From a virus (taxonomy: Duplodnaviria; Caudoviricetes), in the IMG/VR virus record IMGVR_UViG_3300044878_000143, positions 1-44,253 of that record: a DNA stretch of 44,253 nucleotides; one strand, written 5' to 3'. A program made the position numbers and the translations under genes. Under the pieces are notes generated by a model that made no database searches, was not told the DNA's origin, and worked only from the letters and a program-made list of their open reading frames with translations. This document shows, in pieces, positions 10,317-19,195 of the stretch (its first letter is position 1; each line of letters starts with the position of its first letter).

Positions 10317-10805
10317 TTACTCCTCGTCGACCAGCTTCATCAGCTTGGAAGCGATCTGATTGGCCAGCCAGCCATCGTTCAGCAGGTGGGCTTGGCCCTT
10401 GCCGTCGATCCAGGTGCCGGTCGAAGGCTGGCGCAGGTTGGAGAAGGTGTTGCTCTCCACCAGCACCAGTTTCAGCTCGCGCGGCGTCTTGCCAGCGGCG
10501 GCGGCCACTTCGGCTTCCTGTGCCAGGCGTTCACGGTCGGACTCGGCCTGACGTTCGGCCTCTTCCTTCTCGCGAGCCAGACGGGCTTCCTGCTTCTCGG
10601 AGCGCTCTTTCTCTTCCTGAGCAGCCAGTTCAGCCTTCTCGGCTTCCGCGGCTTTCTCGGCTTCAGCGGCTTTCTCAGCCTCTGCAGCTTTTTCCGCTTC
10701 GGCCGCTTTTTCGGCTTCAGCGGCTTGTTCGTCGGCAACGCGCTTGGCTTCCAGCTCTTCAGCGGTTGGCTCTTTGACTTCGGTGTCTGGTTTCTTCAGT
10801 GCCAT
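10317..10805 (-). CDS. Hypothetical protein with AAEAEK repeats
   Basis: 162 aa; charged helical repeat region plus ~45-aa C-terminal domain; GGAG RBS. Confidence 0.75.
   Translation of the reverse strand: MALKKPDTEVKEPTAEELEAKRVADEQAAEAEKAAEAEKAAEAEKAAEAEKAAEAEKAELAAQEEKERSEKQEARLAREKEEAERQAESDRERLAQEAEVAAAAGKTPRELKLVLVESNTFSNLRQPSTGTWIDGKGQAHLLNDGWLANQIASKLMKLVDEE
10633..10724 (-). repeat. Five degenerate 18-nt tandem repeats encoding AAEAEK
   Basis: Protein repeat is exact while codons differ between copies. Confidence 0.85.
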
Positions 10806-10834
10806 GTTGGTGACGCTCCAGCGGATTCAAGATG

Positions 10835-10862
10835 GAAGAAAGGGCCGCCGAAGCGGCCCTTC
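10835..10862 (-). terminator. Intrinsic terminator after the major capsid gene
   Basis: AAGGGCCGC-TTCG-GCGGCCCTT followed by TCTT; UUCG tetraloop. Confidence 0.8.
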
Positions 10863-10871
10863 CAGTCGCCC

Positions 10872-12047
10872 TTAGGCTTCGAGGCTGAGGACAGACCATG
10901 CCTCGTCGTACAGACGGGTGGCCATCTCGCCATAGTCCACACGGAACCCGGTGGCTTTACGCATCACGAACTCTTCGATGCCGTCGTAGGCAGCGGAGAT
11001 GTTCACCATGCGCTGGATCGCGTAGCGCGGGTCGAAGCCGACCAGCAAGCCGGCACCGAAGACGTCCGCCTCGAATGGAGTCAGGCGCGGCTGGGTCAGA
11101 CCCAGGTTCATGCCAGCCCATGGAGTGACGATCTTCGAGTTGTCAGTACCGGTGTGCTTCGGTGCCAGGCCGTCGTCAACTGCCAGAGCAGTGTCGATGT
11201 CGGTCAGCACTTGGCTGATGTTGGCGGTGTTGCGCTTGCTGAACAGCCACTTGATGTAGGCCTTCTTGGTGATCACGCCGTTGGCGATGATCGAGGCGTC
11301 AAAGTCGCTGGCCTTCAGGATCGGCAGGGCGGCCATGTCGAGGTCGGTATCACCCAGCACCATGGACTTCAGCTGCTCGCCGACGCGACGGATCTTGTCA
11401 CCGCGCGACTGCGCTTCCATCACGATACGAACGATGTCGATGGTGGTGGCAGCCATGGCTTCGTTGGCGATCATCAGACCAATCGAGTTGGTTGGGATCT
11501 TGAACGATTTTTGGCCGGTGGTGATCGAGATCATGGTTTCTGGCAGAGCCATCTGCACCATGCGACCGCTGCGGCTACCTTCCGGTGCCGAGGTGTCGAT
11601 GATCGGCTGCTGCGCCATCTGGCCGTTCAGGTTACGGCTGGTGGCGATGAAGCTTTCCCAGATCGACAGGATGTCCGAACCGTCATCACGCAAGGTGTTG
11701 GCGTTCATGGTCTCGAGGATCAGCTGCGGGTACAGCAGGCGAGCGCCGAGGGAGGCGTCGGAGCCGTCCGGACGACGGAAGCCATCAGCTTGGGTCATGC
11801 CCGCCATTTGAGCCATGGTCAGCGCTGGGCCAGTGCGGGTCGCACCGTCCATCATGCCGGCGTTGGTCATCATCTGGTCGATCGGGTCACCCATGGTGAC
11901 GTCGAAGTCGGCGGCCAGAGTACGGATGTACTGGCGCAGGTCCATGCCCATGGCAGCGGCTTGGGAGTACAGCTCGACGTTGGCGTCCAGGCTCTTCTCA
12001 ACCTGCTTGCCGCCCTCGTTGGCGATGTATTTCAGAGTGCATTGCAT
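10872..12047 (-). CDS. Major capsid protein
   Basis: 391 aa after protease and decoration genes, AAGGA RBS, followed by a terminator. Confidence 0.85.
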   Translation of the reverse strand: MQCTLKYIANEGGKQVEKSLDANVELYSQAAAMGMDLRQYIRTLAADFDVTMGDPIDQMMTNAGMMDGATRTGPALTMAQMAGMTQADGFRRPDGSDASLGARLLYPQLILETMNANTLRDDGSDILSIWESFIATSRNLNGQMAQQPIIDTSAPEGSRSGRMVQMALPETMISITTGQKSFKIPTNSIGLMIANEAMAATTIDIVRIVMEAQSRGDKIRRVGEQLKSMVLGDTDLDMAALPILKASDFDASIIANGVITKKAYIKWLFSKRNTANISQVLTDIDTALAVDDGLAPKHTGTDNSKIVTPWAGMNLGLTQPRLTPFEADVFGAGLLVGFDPRYAIQRMVNISAAYDGIEEFVMRKATGFRVDYGEMATRLYDEAWSVLSLEA

Positions 12048-12086
12048 GTTTTCGATTCCTTGAAATTGTGGGTGGCTTAAGGCGAG

Positions 12087-12545
12087 TTAAGCCACGCGCT
12101 CCAGAAGGACTTTGGTGCCAGCGGCGCCAGTGGTACGCACCTGAATCACCTGCCATTTCCAGATGGCCGGAGTACCTTTCTTCACCTGCGGCAGACCGGC
12201 AGTACCGAGTGCCAGCTGGGCACCAGCCACCACCAGATCACCGAACACCAGCGGGGTCGCTACGCCAGCAGCCACTTGGGCTTCGACGCGCAGGCCGGTG
12301 TCAGGACGCGCCACACCGCCGACTGGGAAGCCGTTGGCTGGTGGACCGCCATCGACGTTGTCGAGGAAGCCTTGGATTTCGTCGCCGTCATCGGCCAGGA
12401 AGAAGTTGGACACTGCACCACCGGTCAGGATCTTGCCTTTGTCCTTGTCGGTGTATGCCTGGCCGGCGGCCGAGCCGAGCTTAGCGGTGATGACGTTCAG
12501 CCGCTCAGGCATACCAGTCAACACGTTGAATTTATAGTCAGCCAT
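12087..12545 (-). CDS. Probable head decoration protein
   Basis: 152 aa, Gly/Ala/Val-rich, between protease and capsid (lambda gpD position); AGGAG RBS. Confidence 0.65.
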   Translation of the reverse strand: MADYKFNVLTGMPERLNVITAKLGSAAGQAYTDKDKGKILTGGAVSNFFLADDGDEIQGFLDNVDGGPPANGFPVGGVARPDTGLRVEAQVAAGVATPLVFGDLVVAGAQLALGTAGLPQVKKGTPAIWKWQVIQVRTTGAAGTKVLLERVA

Positions 12546-12557
12546 GACTGATTCTCC

Positions 12558-13160
12558 TTAGCGCTTCTGAGAGTTGAGTTGCGAAACTTTGTGGCGCAGA
12601 CCCGCCGCCAACGGAGCCGTCGCTTCCTTGGTCGGGGTGTCCGAGGACTGCTTGCCCTCTTTGAACATGCCGGCCATTTTGGTTTGCAGCTCGTTGAACT
12701 GGCCGAGGATTTCCACCGGGGTGGACTTCTCGACTTGCGGGCTGCCAGTGGCGACCTGCAGGTTCTTCACCGCGCGCTGGGCCACGATCACCAGACTGGC
12801 GGTCTCGGCTTGGGCAGCGGTCAGGGCTGTTTCGGCGGCTTCGACGCGGGCAGTCAGGTCTTCGACCTTGGCTTCCAGCTTGCCGTTTTCTTTCAGGGCG
12901 GAGGTCAGGGCAGTCGCGTCGAAGCCGGAGGAGACAGGCTCATCCTTCTTCTTGTCGGCGGCTTCCTTGTCCGCAGCTTCCTGTTCCAGGCGAGCAGCTT
13001 CGGCGTCGTCCAGTTCTTTCTGCGCGGCAGCTTCCTTCTCGGCAGCTTCCTGCAGATCGGCCATTTCCTTGGTGTAATGCGCCAGCTCAGCCTTGGTGAG
13101 CACGCTTTCTGGAGCCGCGCCCGCTTGGATCTGAGCGAGTTTTTCAGCAGAGATCTTCAT
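12558..13160 (-). CDS. Nested in-frame scaffolding protein (lambda Nu3-like)
   Basis: Internal ATG 13160 (MKISAEKL) preceded by AGAAGGAAG; downstream 200 aa are charged and coiled-coil-like. Confidence 0.55.
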   Translation of the reverse strand: MKISAEKLAQIQAGAAPESVLTKAELAHYTKEMADLQEAAEKEAAAQKELDDAEAARLEQEAADKEAADKKKDEPVSSGFDATALTSALKENGKLEAKVEDLTARVEAAETALTAAQAETASLVIVAQRAVKNLQVATGSPQVEKSTPVEILGQFNELQTKMAGMFKEGKQSSDTPTKEATAPLAAGLRHKVSQLNSQKR

Positions 13161-14033
13161 CTCGAACTTCCTTCTGTCGCCAGTAGTTTTTGCGGACGCG
13201 CCGCTACCAATAAGGTCGGTCAGGCTCGAAAGCCGATCGACCAGCCCATTTTTCACGGCCTTCGCTGCGAAAAAGGTTTTACCGTCAGCCCAGTCCTTGT
13301 AGTCGTCGAGACTCAGGCTGCGCTGCGCGGAGATGTGGCTGAGGAAGAACGCATTGGTCTCCTTCAGGTTGTCCTGCAGGTACTTCTTGTCGGCATCGCT
13401 CAGCTCTTCGTAGGGGTTGCCCACGGCCTTGAACTCGCCTTCCTTCAGCACGGTGAACTTGATCCCGAAGTTCTCTTCGGTGTTGGCGTAGGTGCGGACC
13501 ACGGCGATCACGCCGATCGAGCCGACCTCGGCCATCTTGCTGGCGGTCACCTGGTTGGCGCTGGACATGATCCAGTAGCTGGCGGAGAACGAGGCGCTGT
13601 CGGTGTGCGCCCTGATCCGCATGCCGTCGCCCTGCAGGCGTTCCATGTTCTCAGTGACGGTGTTCAGCCCGCTGACCGCGCCGCCGCCGCTGTTGTGATC
13701 CAGCACGACGTCGGTGAAGCCCTGTTCAGCGAGGATCGCGAAGGCGTCGTTGATCGCCTCGTAGGAGGTGACCTCACCCGGGAACCACTGGTGGTAACGG
13801 CGGTACGAGTTGACCAGCGAACCGTGCACTTTCAGGACGGCGGTATCGCCGACCTTTTCCAGCAGGTACAGGCCTTTGCGCGCCACGCTGACGTTGAAGT
13901 CAGGGTCAAGCTGATTGCGGTCATCGTCGAACGGCGAGCTGGAGTACGCCTCTTTGTCGAAGTTGTACTTCAGCTCGTAGCTGCTGAACTTGTTGAAGGC
14001 TGCTTCCGTGCCCAGCCAGATTTCAACTGCCAT
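12558..14033 (-). CDS. Prohead protease (S49/SppA-like) with C-terminal scaffold region
   Basis: Motifs LDHNSGGG, SASYWIMS, VGSIGV, GEFKAVGNP. Likely start ATG 14033 (MAVEIW) after AAGGAG rather than 14138. Confidence 0.9.
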   Translation of the reverse strand: MAVEIWLGTEAAFNKFSSYELKYNFDKEAYSSSPFDDDRNQLDPDFNVSVARKGLYLLEKVGDTAVLKVHGSLVNSYRRYHQWFPGEVTSYEAINDAFAILAEQGFTDVVLDHNSGGGAVSGLNTVTENMERLQGDGMRIRAHTDSASFSASYWIMSSANQVTASKMAEVGSIGVIAVVRTYANTEENFGIKFTVLKEGEFKAVGNPYEELSDADKKYLQDNLKETNAFFLSHISAQRSLSLDDYKDWADGKTFFAAKAVKNGLVDRLSSLTDLIGSGASAKTTGDRRKFEMKISAEKLAQIQAGAAPESVLTKAELAHYTKEMADLQEAAEKEAAAQKELDDAEAARLEQEAADKEAADKKKDEPVSSGFDATALTSALKENGKLEAKVEDLTARVEAAETALTAAQAETASLVIVAQRAVKNLQVATGSPQVEKSTPVEILGQFNELQTKMAGMFKEGKQSSDTPTKEATAPLAAGLRHKVSQLNSQKR

Positions 14034-14043
14034 GCCAGGCTCC

Positions 14044-15507
14044 TTATTGATCAGCGCCGCCGGACTTCGCCGGCGTGCCTGGATTGAGTGCCGCGCCCGA
14101 CGAACTGGTCCGGTCTGGTGCCGGGTCCGCCGAAGCATCCTTGGCGTAGAACTTGGTGCCTGCCAGTACGGCGCTGAGCCCTTGTGGGCGGATACCGAGT
14201 TCCCAGCAAGCGTGGGCCTCGTTGATCACACCCCAGCTCAGCAGCTCCAACACACGTTTCTGCCGGGTGCCGAAGTAGGCTTCCAGCTCGATGTCGGGGC
14301 GCAGGTTGATGGGCAGGAACTCGAAGGCCACGTAGCCGTCGACACCCTGCAGACGGCAGCCTAGGGTCAGCGCGCGGGACATCACCTCTTCCACCGGCGG
14401 GCGGGTGCCTTGCACCACCTGCAGGTAGATCAGCGTCTCGGCGTTGGACAGGCCTTGACCGCCCGATGCACGCAGACCGCTGACCGAAGCCGGGGTCTTG
14501 AGCGAGGCACCGAGCATGTTGCCCAGCGTGGTCAGCATCGAGCTGTAGTCGGCCTTGTTGCCGCCGGTGTCCTTGACGTCGTAGGTCACGCTGTCGTAGG
14601 TCACCACGGCGTCTTCAGGCTCCAGTCCGGCCAGTGCTTCCTGCACTTCAGCCAGCACCAGATTGAACAGCTCGCCCATCTTCACCGGGTCGTTCCTGAT
14701 CTCATCGGAGGCCGCCTTCTGGATCTTCTCGGACACGATGGTCGCGATCAGACGGCTATGCCCGGTGCGGTTCAGCGCCCGGTGCATGTCTTCGATGAAG
14801 CCGTTGAAATTCATGACTTGCGATAGGCCGGGACGCAGCAGGCTTACGGAGTAGGCCTCGTCCGGATTGCGGTTGTGTTCGGCGATAAAAACGGTTGGGA
14901 TGTTTAGCTTGAGGTCCCCGCCATCCTGCGTGGGGTAGCGCCCTCCTTGGCCATCAGCTTCCCATCCCACCGTGGAGTACCCAATCGGCACAAGCCTCTC
15001 AGGGCCAAACTGTGCATCCAGCACCAGCTCAGAACCACAACCTCCTGTTGTGATCACGTCCGTCTGAAGACTCGACAACAGCGACTGCATCCCTGGCTTA
15101 TCGTTGTATCCCTTACTGTAATCGTGCAGCGTCGAGAACCCATCCATGAGGCTGTAAGCGAGGGCCATCACCTCGGTGCTCATGGCACCGGTGGCGTCGT
15201 ACCCTGCCAATCTGAAGCCGGCTCCCACCGAGATCGCCGCCATCGAGTTGGCAGCCGAACTGAACATGCCGTCTTCACGGCAGAGCAGTTTGATGATCTC
15301 GTTGACATCGGTGCGGGAGCTGACGTTGTTGATTGCGTTCTGATCGAACTTCTTCAACGTGTTGGCGATGGCGGCGCCGTTCTTCAGGTCGGAACCTGGA
15401 CGTTTGGCGCGGGCCTTGCCGGCGAGATTTCGGGTCGGCAGGACGACTTGCGCATTGACTGCCGCAAACCTCGATCCTTTGCTTCCCGGTGTCTTGGTGC
15501 CAGCCAT
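14044..15507 (-). CDS. Portal protein
   Basis: 487 aa between terminase and protease; size and synteny. Confidence 0.85.
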   Translation of the reverse strand: MAGTKTPGSKGSRFAAVNAQVVLPTRNLAGKARAKRPGSDLKNGAAIANTLKKFDQNAINNVSSRTDVNEIIKLLCREDGMFSSAANSMAAISVGAGFRLAGYDATGAMSTEVMALAYSLMDGFSTLHDYSKGYNDKPGMQSLLSSLQTDVITTGGCGSELVLDAQFGPERLVPIGYSTVGWEADGQGGRYPTQDGGDLKLNIPTVFIAEHNRNPDEAYSVSLLRPGLSQVMNFNGFIEDMHRALNRTGHSRLIATIVSEKIQKAASDEIRNDPVKMGELFNLVLAEVQEALAGLEPEDAVVTYDSVTYDVKDTGGNKADYSSMLTTLGNMLGASLKTPASVSGLRASGGQGLSNAETLIYLQVVQGTRPPVEEVMSRALTLGCRLQGVDGYVAFEFLPINLRPDIELEAYFGTRQKRVLELLSWGVINEAHACWELGIRPQGLSAVLAGTKFYAKDASADPAPDRTSSSGAALNPGTPAKSGGADQ

Positions 15508-15585
15508 GGCGAATGTTCTTCCTTAGAGATGGCGCGAGTTTAGTAGGCCAAGGGCCTGAATTACAAGAGGTCTTTTACCGGCACC

Positions 15586-15622
15586 TAGCGGGGAATGTGA
15601 GGGATACTCACATTCCCCGCTA
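15586..15622. repeat. Perfect 16-bp inverted repeat with 5-nt loop
   Basis: TAGCGGGGAATGTGAG-GGATA-CTCACATTCCCCGCTA between terL and portal; no U-tract. Confidence 0.9.
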
Positions 15623-15623
15623 A

Positions 15624-17417
15624 TTAGCGCGTTATCCCTCGACGTTTGGCGAAGCCGAACATGCCCGCCAACTGGCTGCCCATCTCGACGACCTGCGGCT
15701 TTTCCTCGACCTTGCTGCCCAACTTCACCGAGGACGTGCCAGGCATCACCCCGACCACGCTGTGGTCCTCGAACTGCTCCAGCGACATCGCGGCGATGTT
15801 GCAGTAGTTCAGCGAGTGGACCCAGTGGTCCTGCTTGTCGGTCTTGATGAACTTCTCGACCATGTCGCCCAGTGCGTTGCGCTCGCGGATCTTCTTGGTC
15901 GTGGCCAAGTGCTTGAACAGCTCGATCCTCAACTCGTCCTTGGCCGGGTAGTGCACCTCGCCGGAGTTGTGCTGGCTGAGCAGCAGGCTCAGGGTCTTGG
16001 TCCGGTCAGCGTTGATGGTGTCGCCGTCGGGTTTCAGGTGAATCGGCACGAAGCCTGGCACCACGGTGTAGACCACCGCCTGAATCCGCCCCGGCCGCGC
16101 CGAGACCAGACTGTTGACCAGCGTGATGTCAGGGCCGGCGTCGACGCACAGCTTGCGCATGCGGTAGAAGTCGAAACGCGCCAGCACCTTGGGCAGCGCC
16201 GGGTCGGCCTTGGTGTTGTGGATCTTCTCCATCCAGATCACATGCCAGCCGAACGGCACCTTGACCTTGACCGAGAGGTGGATGATTTTGCCGACGTCCA
16301 TGCCGCCGACCGTGCTGCCGCTCTTCATCATCTGGCCGAAGATCCACAGGTCCAGGTCACAGGTGTTCTTGCGGTGCTCGTCGGTGACGGTGAAGCTGTT
16401 CTCGGCATCGGAGAACGGCAGCCCGATCACGAAGTTGAAGAAGTCGGACTTGAGCGGGTAGCCCTCGTACTGGCGAATGATGCCGGACGGCGTGTTGTAC
16501 TTCGGCACGTCCCACGGATACACCTGGTAGCTGTGGTTGAAGTTGTCCGGCTTCTTCGCCACCCATTGCCGCCGCGACGGATCGAGCAGCGAGGTCCACA
16601 GGTCGTTGGCGCACTTCGGGCACTTGATCCAGGCCTCGTCGATGCGGATGCGCTCGTCGTCCAGGTTGTCCTTGCTGAAGTCCAGCAGCGGCTTGTCCCA
16701 GCCCGGCAGGATCAGGTCCTTCAGGTAGTCCGGCACCACCCAGTCGTTGCAGTGGCGGCACTTGCACATGTAGTAGCGCTGGTCACCGGCGAGGAACCCG
16801 ACGTCGATGCCGAAGCCGTCCACCGTCGGCGTGCTGAACCGGTAGCGGTAGCCGCGCTGGCCCTTCTCGTCGACGGTCTTGGCGTGACGGATACGCGAGT
16901 TCAACTTGCCAAGGACAGCCTCGTTGGAGAAGTCGATTTCGTCGGAGATGATCATCTCGGCCGGGACCGAGATCGCCGAGTTGGCGCCGTAGGTGCCGAT
17001 GATGTAGAGCATGTTCTGCCCGAGCTTTTTCATCCCGGCGGCGTCCGACCCGGCCTTTACCAGGCCGGCGTAGAACGGGCTGCAGGCAATGGTCCCGTCG
17101 ATCCGGTCCTTGGAGAACTTGCCGGCCATTTCCTTGGTCGGCTGGCTGAACATGATGCGGATGTTCTTCTGCACCGCCATGATGCCCAGCGTCTTCTGCA
17201 CCATCATCTCGGTCAGGCCGACCTGCGAGCACTTGCGCACGTCGATGCGCTGCGCCGTGTCGTTGACGATGTCGATCTGGAACTCGTGGTCGTCGAAGGA
17301 GAAGGGCTCCCCCTCGCAATAGCCGTGCTGGAGGATGACCTTGTCGAGGGCTTTCATGCCCTCCTCCCGGTTCAGCTGCATCCTGAACCGGGCTGATACC
17401 GTTCCTTGGTCGCTCAC
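15624..17417 (-). CDS. terL: Terminase large subunit, lambda gpA-like
   Basis: KCSQVGLTE Walker A, IISDEID Walker B, FSTPT coupling motif, CxxC...CxxC zinc ribbon, nuclease residues GMDVG and DHWVH. Confidence 0.93.
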   Translation of the reverse strand: MSDQGTVSARFRMQLNREEGMKALDKVILQHGYCEGEPFSFDDHEFQIDIVNDTAQRIDVRKCSQVGLTEMMVQKTLGIMAVQKNIRIMFSQPTKEMAGKFSKDRIDGTIACSPFYAGLVKAGSDAAGMKKLGQNMLYIIGTYGANSAISVPAEMIISDEIDFSNEAVLGKLNSRIRHAKTVDEKGQRGYRYRFSTPTVDGFGIDVGFLAGDQRYYMCKCRHCNDWVVPDYLKDLILPGWDKPLLDFSKDNLDDERIRIDEAWIKCPKCANDLWTSLLDPSRRQWVAKKPDNFNHSYQVYPWDVPKYNTPSGIIRQYEGYPLKSDFFNFVIGLPFSDAENSFTVTDEHRKNTCDLDLWIFGQMMKSGSTVGGMDVGKIIHLSVKVKVPFGWHVIWMEKIHNTKADPALPKVLARFDFYRMRKLCVDAGPDITLVNSLVSARPGRIQAVVYTVVPGFVPIHLKPDGDTINADRTKTLSLLLSQHNSGEVHYPAKDELRIELFKHLATTKKIRERNALGDMVEKFIKTDKQDHWVHSLNYCNIAAMSLEQFEDHSVVGVMPGTSSVKLGSKVEEKPQVVEMGSQLAGMFGFAKRRGITR

Positions 17418-17422
17418 GCGAA

Positions 17423-17794
17423 TTACTCCTTGAGGGGCGGGATCTCTTCCGTCACGTAGATGTCGTAGGTCGGGCCATCGGTGGAGCGTACCTGTTCCGA
17501 CGGCACCTCACCAAACCGGCCCACCGGGCTGCGGGACGCAATCGACCCGCCGCGCGCAAAACCACGCCGAATTTGTTCTGGTAACTTGCTGTTTTTCAAC
17601 ATATTTTCAACATTATTCCGTTCTTCTTCAGTCAGCGGCGCCTCGATATTCATGTGCATGCGGCGGAACTCGCGGACCGGGTCACGCAGCATCTGCAACT
17701 CAGTGGACAGCGCCTCGAACTTCACGGTCAGGGTCGACAGCTGGCGCTGCACCTCGGCCAACTCTTTGCGGGTGACCCACGGTCTCCATCTCAT
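17423..17794 (-). CDS. Hypothetical protein (123 aa)
   Basis: Likely start ATG 17794 (MRWRPW) overlapping the upstream stop (ATGA); the 345-aa ORF-track extension overlaps the terS candidate. Confidence 0.65.
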   Translation of the reverse strand: MRWRPWVTRKELAEVQRQLSTLTVKFEALSTELQMLRDPVREFRRMHMNIEAPLTEEERNNVENMLKNSKLPEQIRRGFARGGSIASRSPVGRFGEVPSEQVRSTDGPTYDIYVTEEIPPLKE

Positions 17795-18405
17795 TTGCTT
17801 TCCCTCGCGGCTTTCAGTTCTTCCTGTTCCAGCAGGCGCAGGACCTCGTCTTGGGCGGCACGCGGCAGCGTCTCCACCACCTTGAGCAGGCTGTCTTCCA
17901 GCCGCTGCACCCGCGACAGGGTCAGCACCTTGGGCAGGTCCTTGACCAGCATGCCGATCACCTTCATCGACATGTTCAGCGCGTCCTTCACGCTGATGTC
18001 CAGCTGGTGCCCGGTGATCGGCAGGCCTTCCGGCGTCACCACGCGGCTGGTCACCGCCTCGATCAGCTTCAGCTGCTGCTTGAAGGTCACCAGCACCGAC
18101 GCATCCAGTCCGGCCATCTGCTGCACCAGCGCGCGCTTGGTCGAGGCCGACATGACCTCGACGATGTCGGCCTGGATGCTGTCGGGCAGCATGTCGAGCT
18201 TGAGGTTCATCATCAGCAGCTCGATCGCCGCGTGCAGCGGCGGGTCGGCGTACTTCAGCGAGGCGAGGTTGGTCACCGGCGGCAGGTTGGCCATCGGCCG
18301 GTACGACTCCGGGTGCGCCGTCGACGGCTCCACCACCGGTTTGTCCCAGCCGGTGTCGTCCGGCCCAGTGGTGATGCCTGGCAGGTTTCCGATCCGCGCG
18401 GCCAT
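17791..18405 (-). CDS. Probable terminase small subunit
   Basis: 204 aa, helical, two genes upstream of terL; synteny only. Confidence 0.5.
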   Translation of the reverse strand: MAARIGNLPGITTGPDDTGWDKPVVEPSTAHPESYRPMANLPPVTNLASLKYADPPLHAAIELLMMNLKLDMLPDSIQADIVEVMSASTKRALVQQMAGLDASVLVTFKQQLKLIEAVTSRVVTPEGLPITGHQLDISVKDALNMSMKVIGMLVKDLPKVLTLSRVQRLEDSLLKVVETLPRAAQDEVLRLLEQEELKAARESK

Positions 18406-18695
18406 CAGTAGTCCACCTCTTTGGCCAGCAGCTTGCTAGGCGTGAAGTGCAGCAGCTCACGCGCCGGGATGGTCGTCGGCTCGCCCTGAATCGGGCGGCT
18501 GTTGATCCGCGGCTTGCGGTAGCGCATCTCGAAGCGGCCGAACTCGCGCAGTGTCACACCGTTGCGGTCGTTGACCAGCTGGTTGATGCCCTGCAGTGTG
18601 GCAAGGATGAAGACCTTGGCATCGGCCTTGGTGCTGCCCGTGTTGTGGGCGACCAAGTCGATCAGGTCTTGGATGTTGGCGGTGGTGGCAGACAT
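18405..18695 (-). CDS. HU/IHF-family DNA-binding protein
   Basis: VTLREFGRFEMRYRKPR...IPARELLHFTPSKLL matches the HU/IHF signature; 96 aa. Confidence 0.9.
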   Translation of the reverse strand: MSATTANIQDLIDLVAHNTGSTKADAKVFILATLQGINQLVNDRNGVTLREFGRFEMRYRKPRINSRPIQGEPTTIPARELLHFTPSKLLAKEVDY

Positions 18696-18841
18696 GGTAA
18701 GGAATCCGTTCGGTGAGTAGGTGCCGGCTGGGGCTTCTTGCCCGATTACAGCGTGTGGCTGTTATCCGTGGGTCGATCGAGGATGAGGTAACTCGGGTGG
18801 CACGGGCCGACTTAACTCGCAGATTAGCGGGGTTTTGAGGC

Positions 18842-18870
18842 AAAAGAAAGCCCCGCACGGTGGCGGGGCT
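18842..18870 (-). terminator. Intrinsic terminator after the tRNA cluster
   Basis: AGCCCCGC-CACCGT-GCGGGGCT followed by TTCTTTT. Confidence 0.85.
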
Positions 18871-18876
18871 GGGGTA

Positions 18877-18953
18877 TGGCGACACCGACGGGACTCGAAC
18901 CCGTGACCCCATGCGTGACAGGCATGTGCTCTAACCAACTGAGCTACGGCGTC
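18877..18953 (-). tRNA. tRNA-Asp(GTC)
   Basis: Full cloverleaf; anticodon arm CATGC-CT GTC AC-GCATG, TTCGA loop, encoded CCA. Confidence 0.95.
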
Positions 18954-18957
18954 TGAC

Positions 18958-19033
18958 TGGTAGTGAGGGGTGGGATCGAACCACCGACCTTCGGCGTATG
19001 AAGCCGCTGCTCTCCCAACTGAGCTACCCCACT
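18958..19033 (-). tRNA. tRNA with CAT anticodon (elongator Met most likely; Ile2 not excluded)
   Basis: Cloverleaf AGTGGGG...CCTCACT-A-CCA, loop TT CAT AC; lacks the initiator C1:A72 mismatch and GGG/CCC stem. Confidence 0.9.
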
Positions 19034-19038
19034 GAAGC

Positions 19039-19112
19039 TGGCAGAGGGTGATGGATTCGAACCACCGGTACAGGGATCAAAACCCCGGGCCTTACCACTT
19101 GGCGAACCCTCT
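19039..19112 (-). tRNA. tRNA-Gln(TTG)
   Basis: AGAGGGT...ACCCTCT-G-CCA; anticodon arm CGGGG-TT TTG AT-CCCTG. Confidence 0.93.
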
Positions 19113-19195
19113 AGAATCAGTCCGGGGTGTCTCATCCTTGAAACACCTTTGTCCGGAGCCCGCAGATTAGCGACGAATCCCTACGTCGTCAACGC

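Noticed and set aside
937-17396. Long plus-strand ORFs such as 3745-6171, 9831-12080, 12579-14087 and 15762-17396
   Set aside because: Antisense shadows of well-supported minus-strand structural genes, expected from high-GC codon bias; no motifs.
18877-19112. tRNAs as a prophage attachment site or host boundary
   Set aside because: Phage-type genes on both sides, no integrase and no duplicated tRNA 3' end.
19113-19160. Possible fourth tRNA
   Set aside because: Only a hairpin (GGTGTCTCA/TGAAACACC); no T-loop or CCA.
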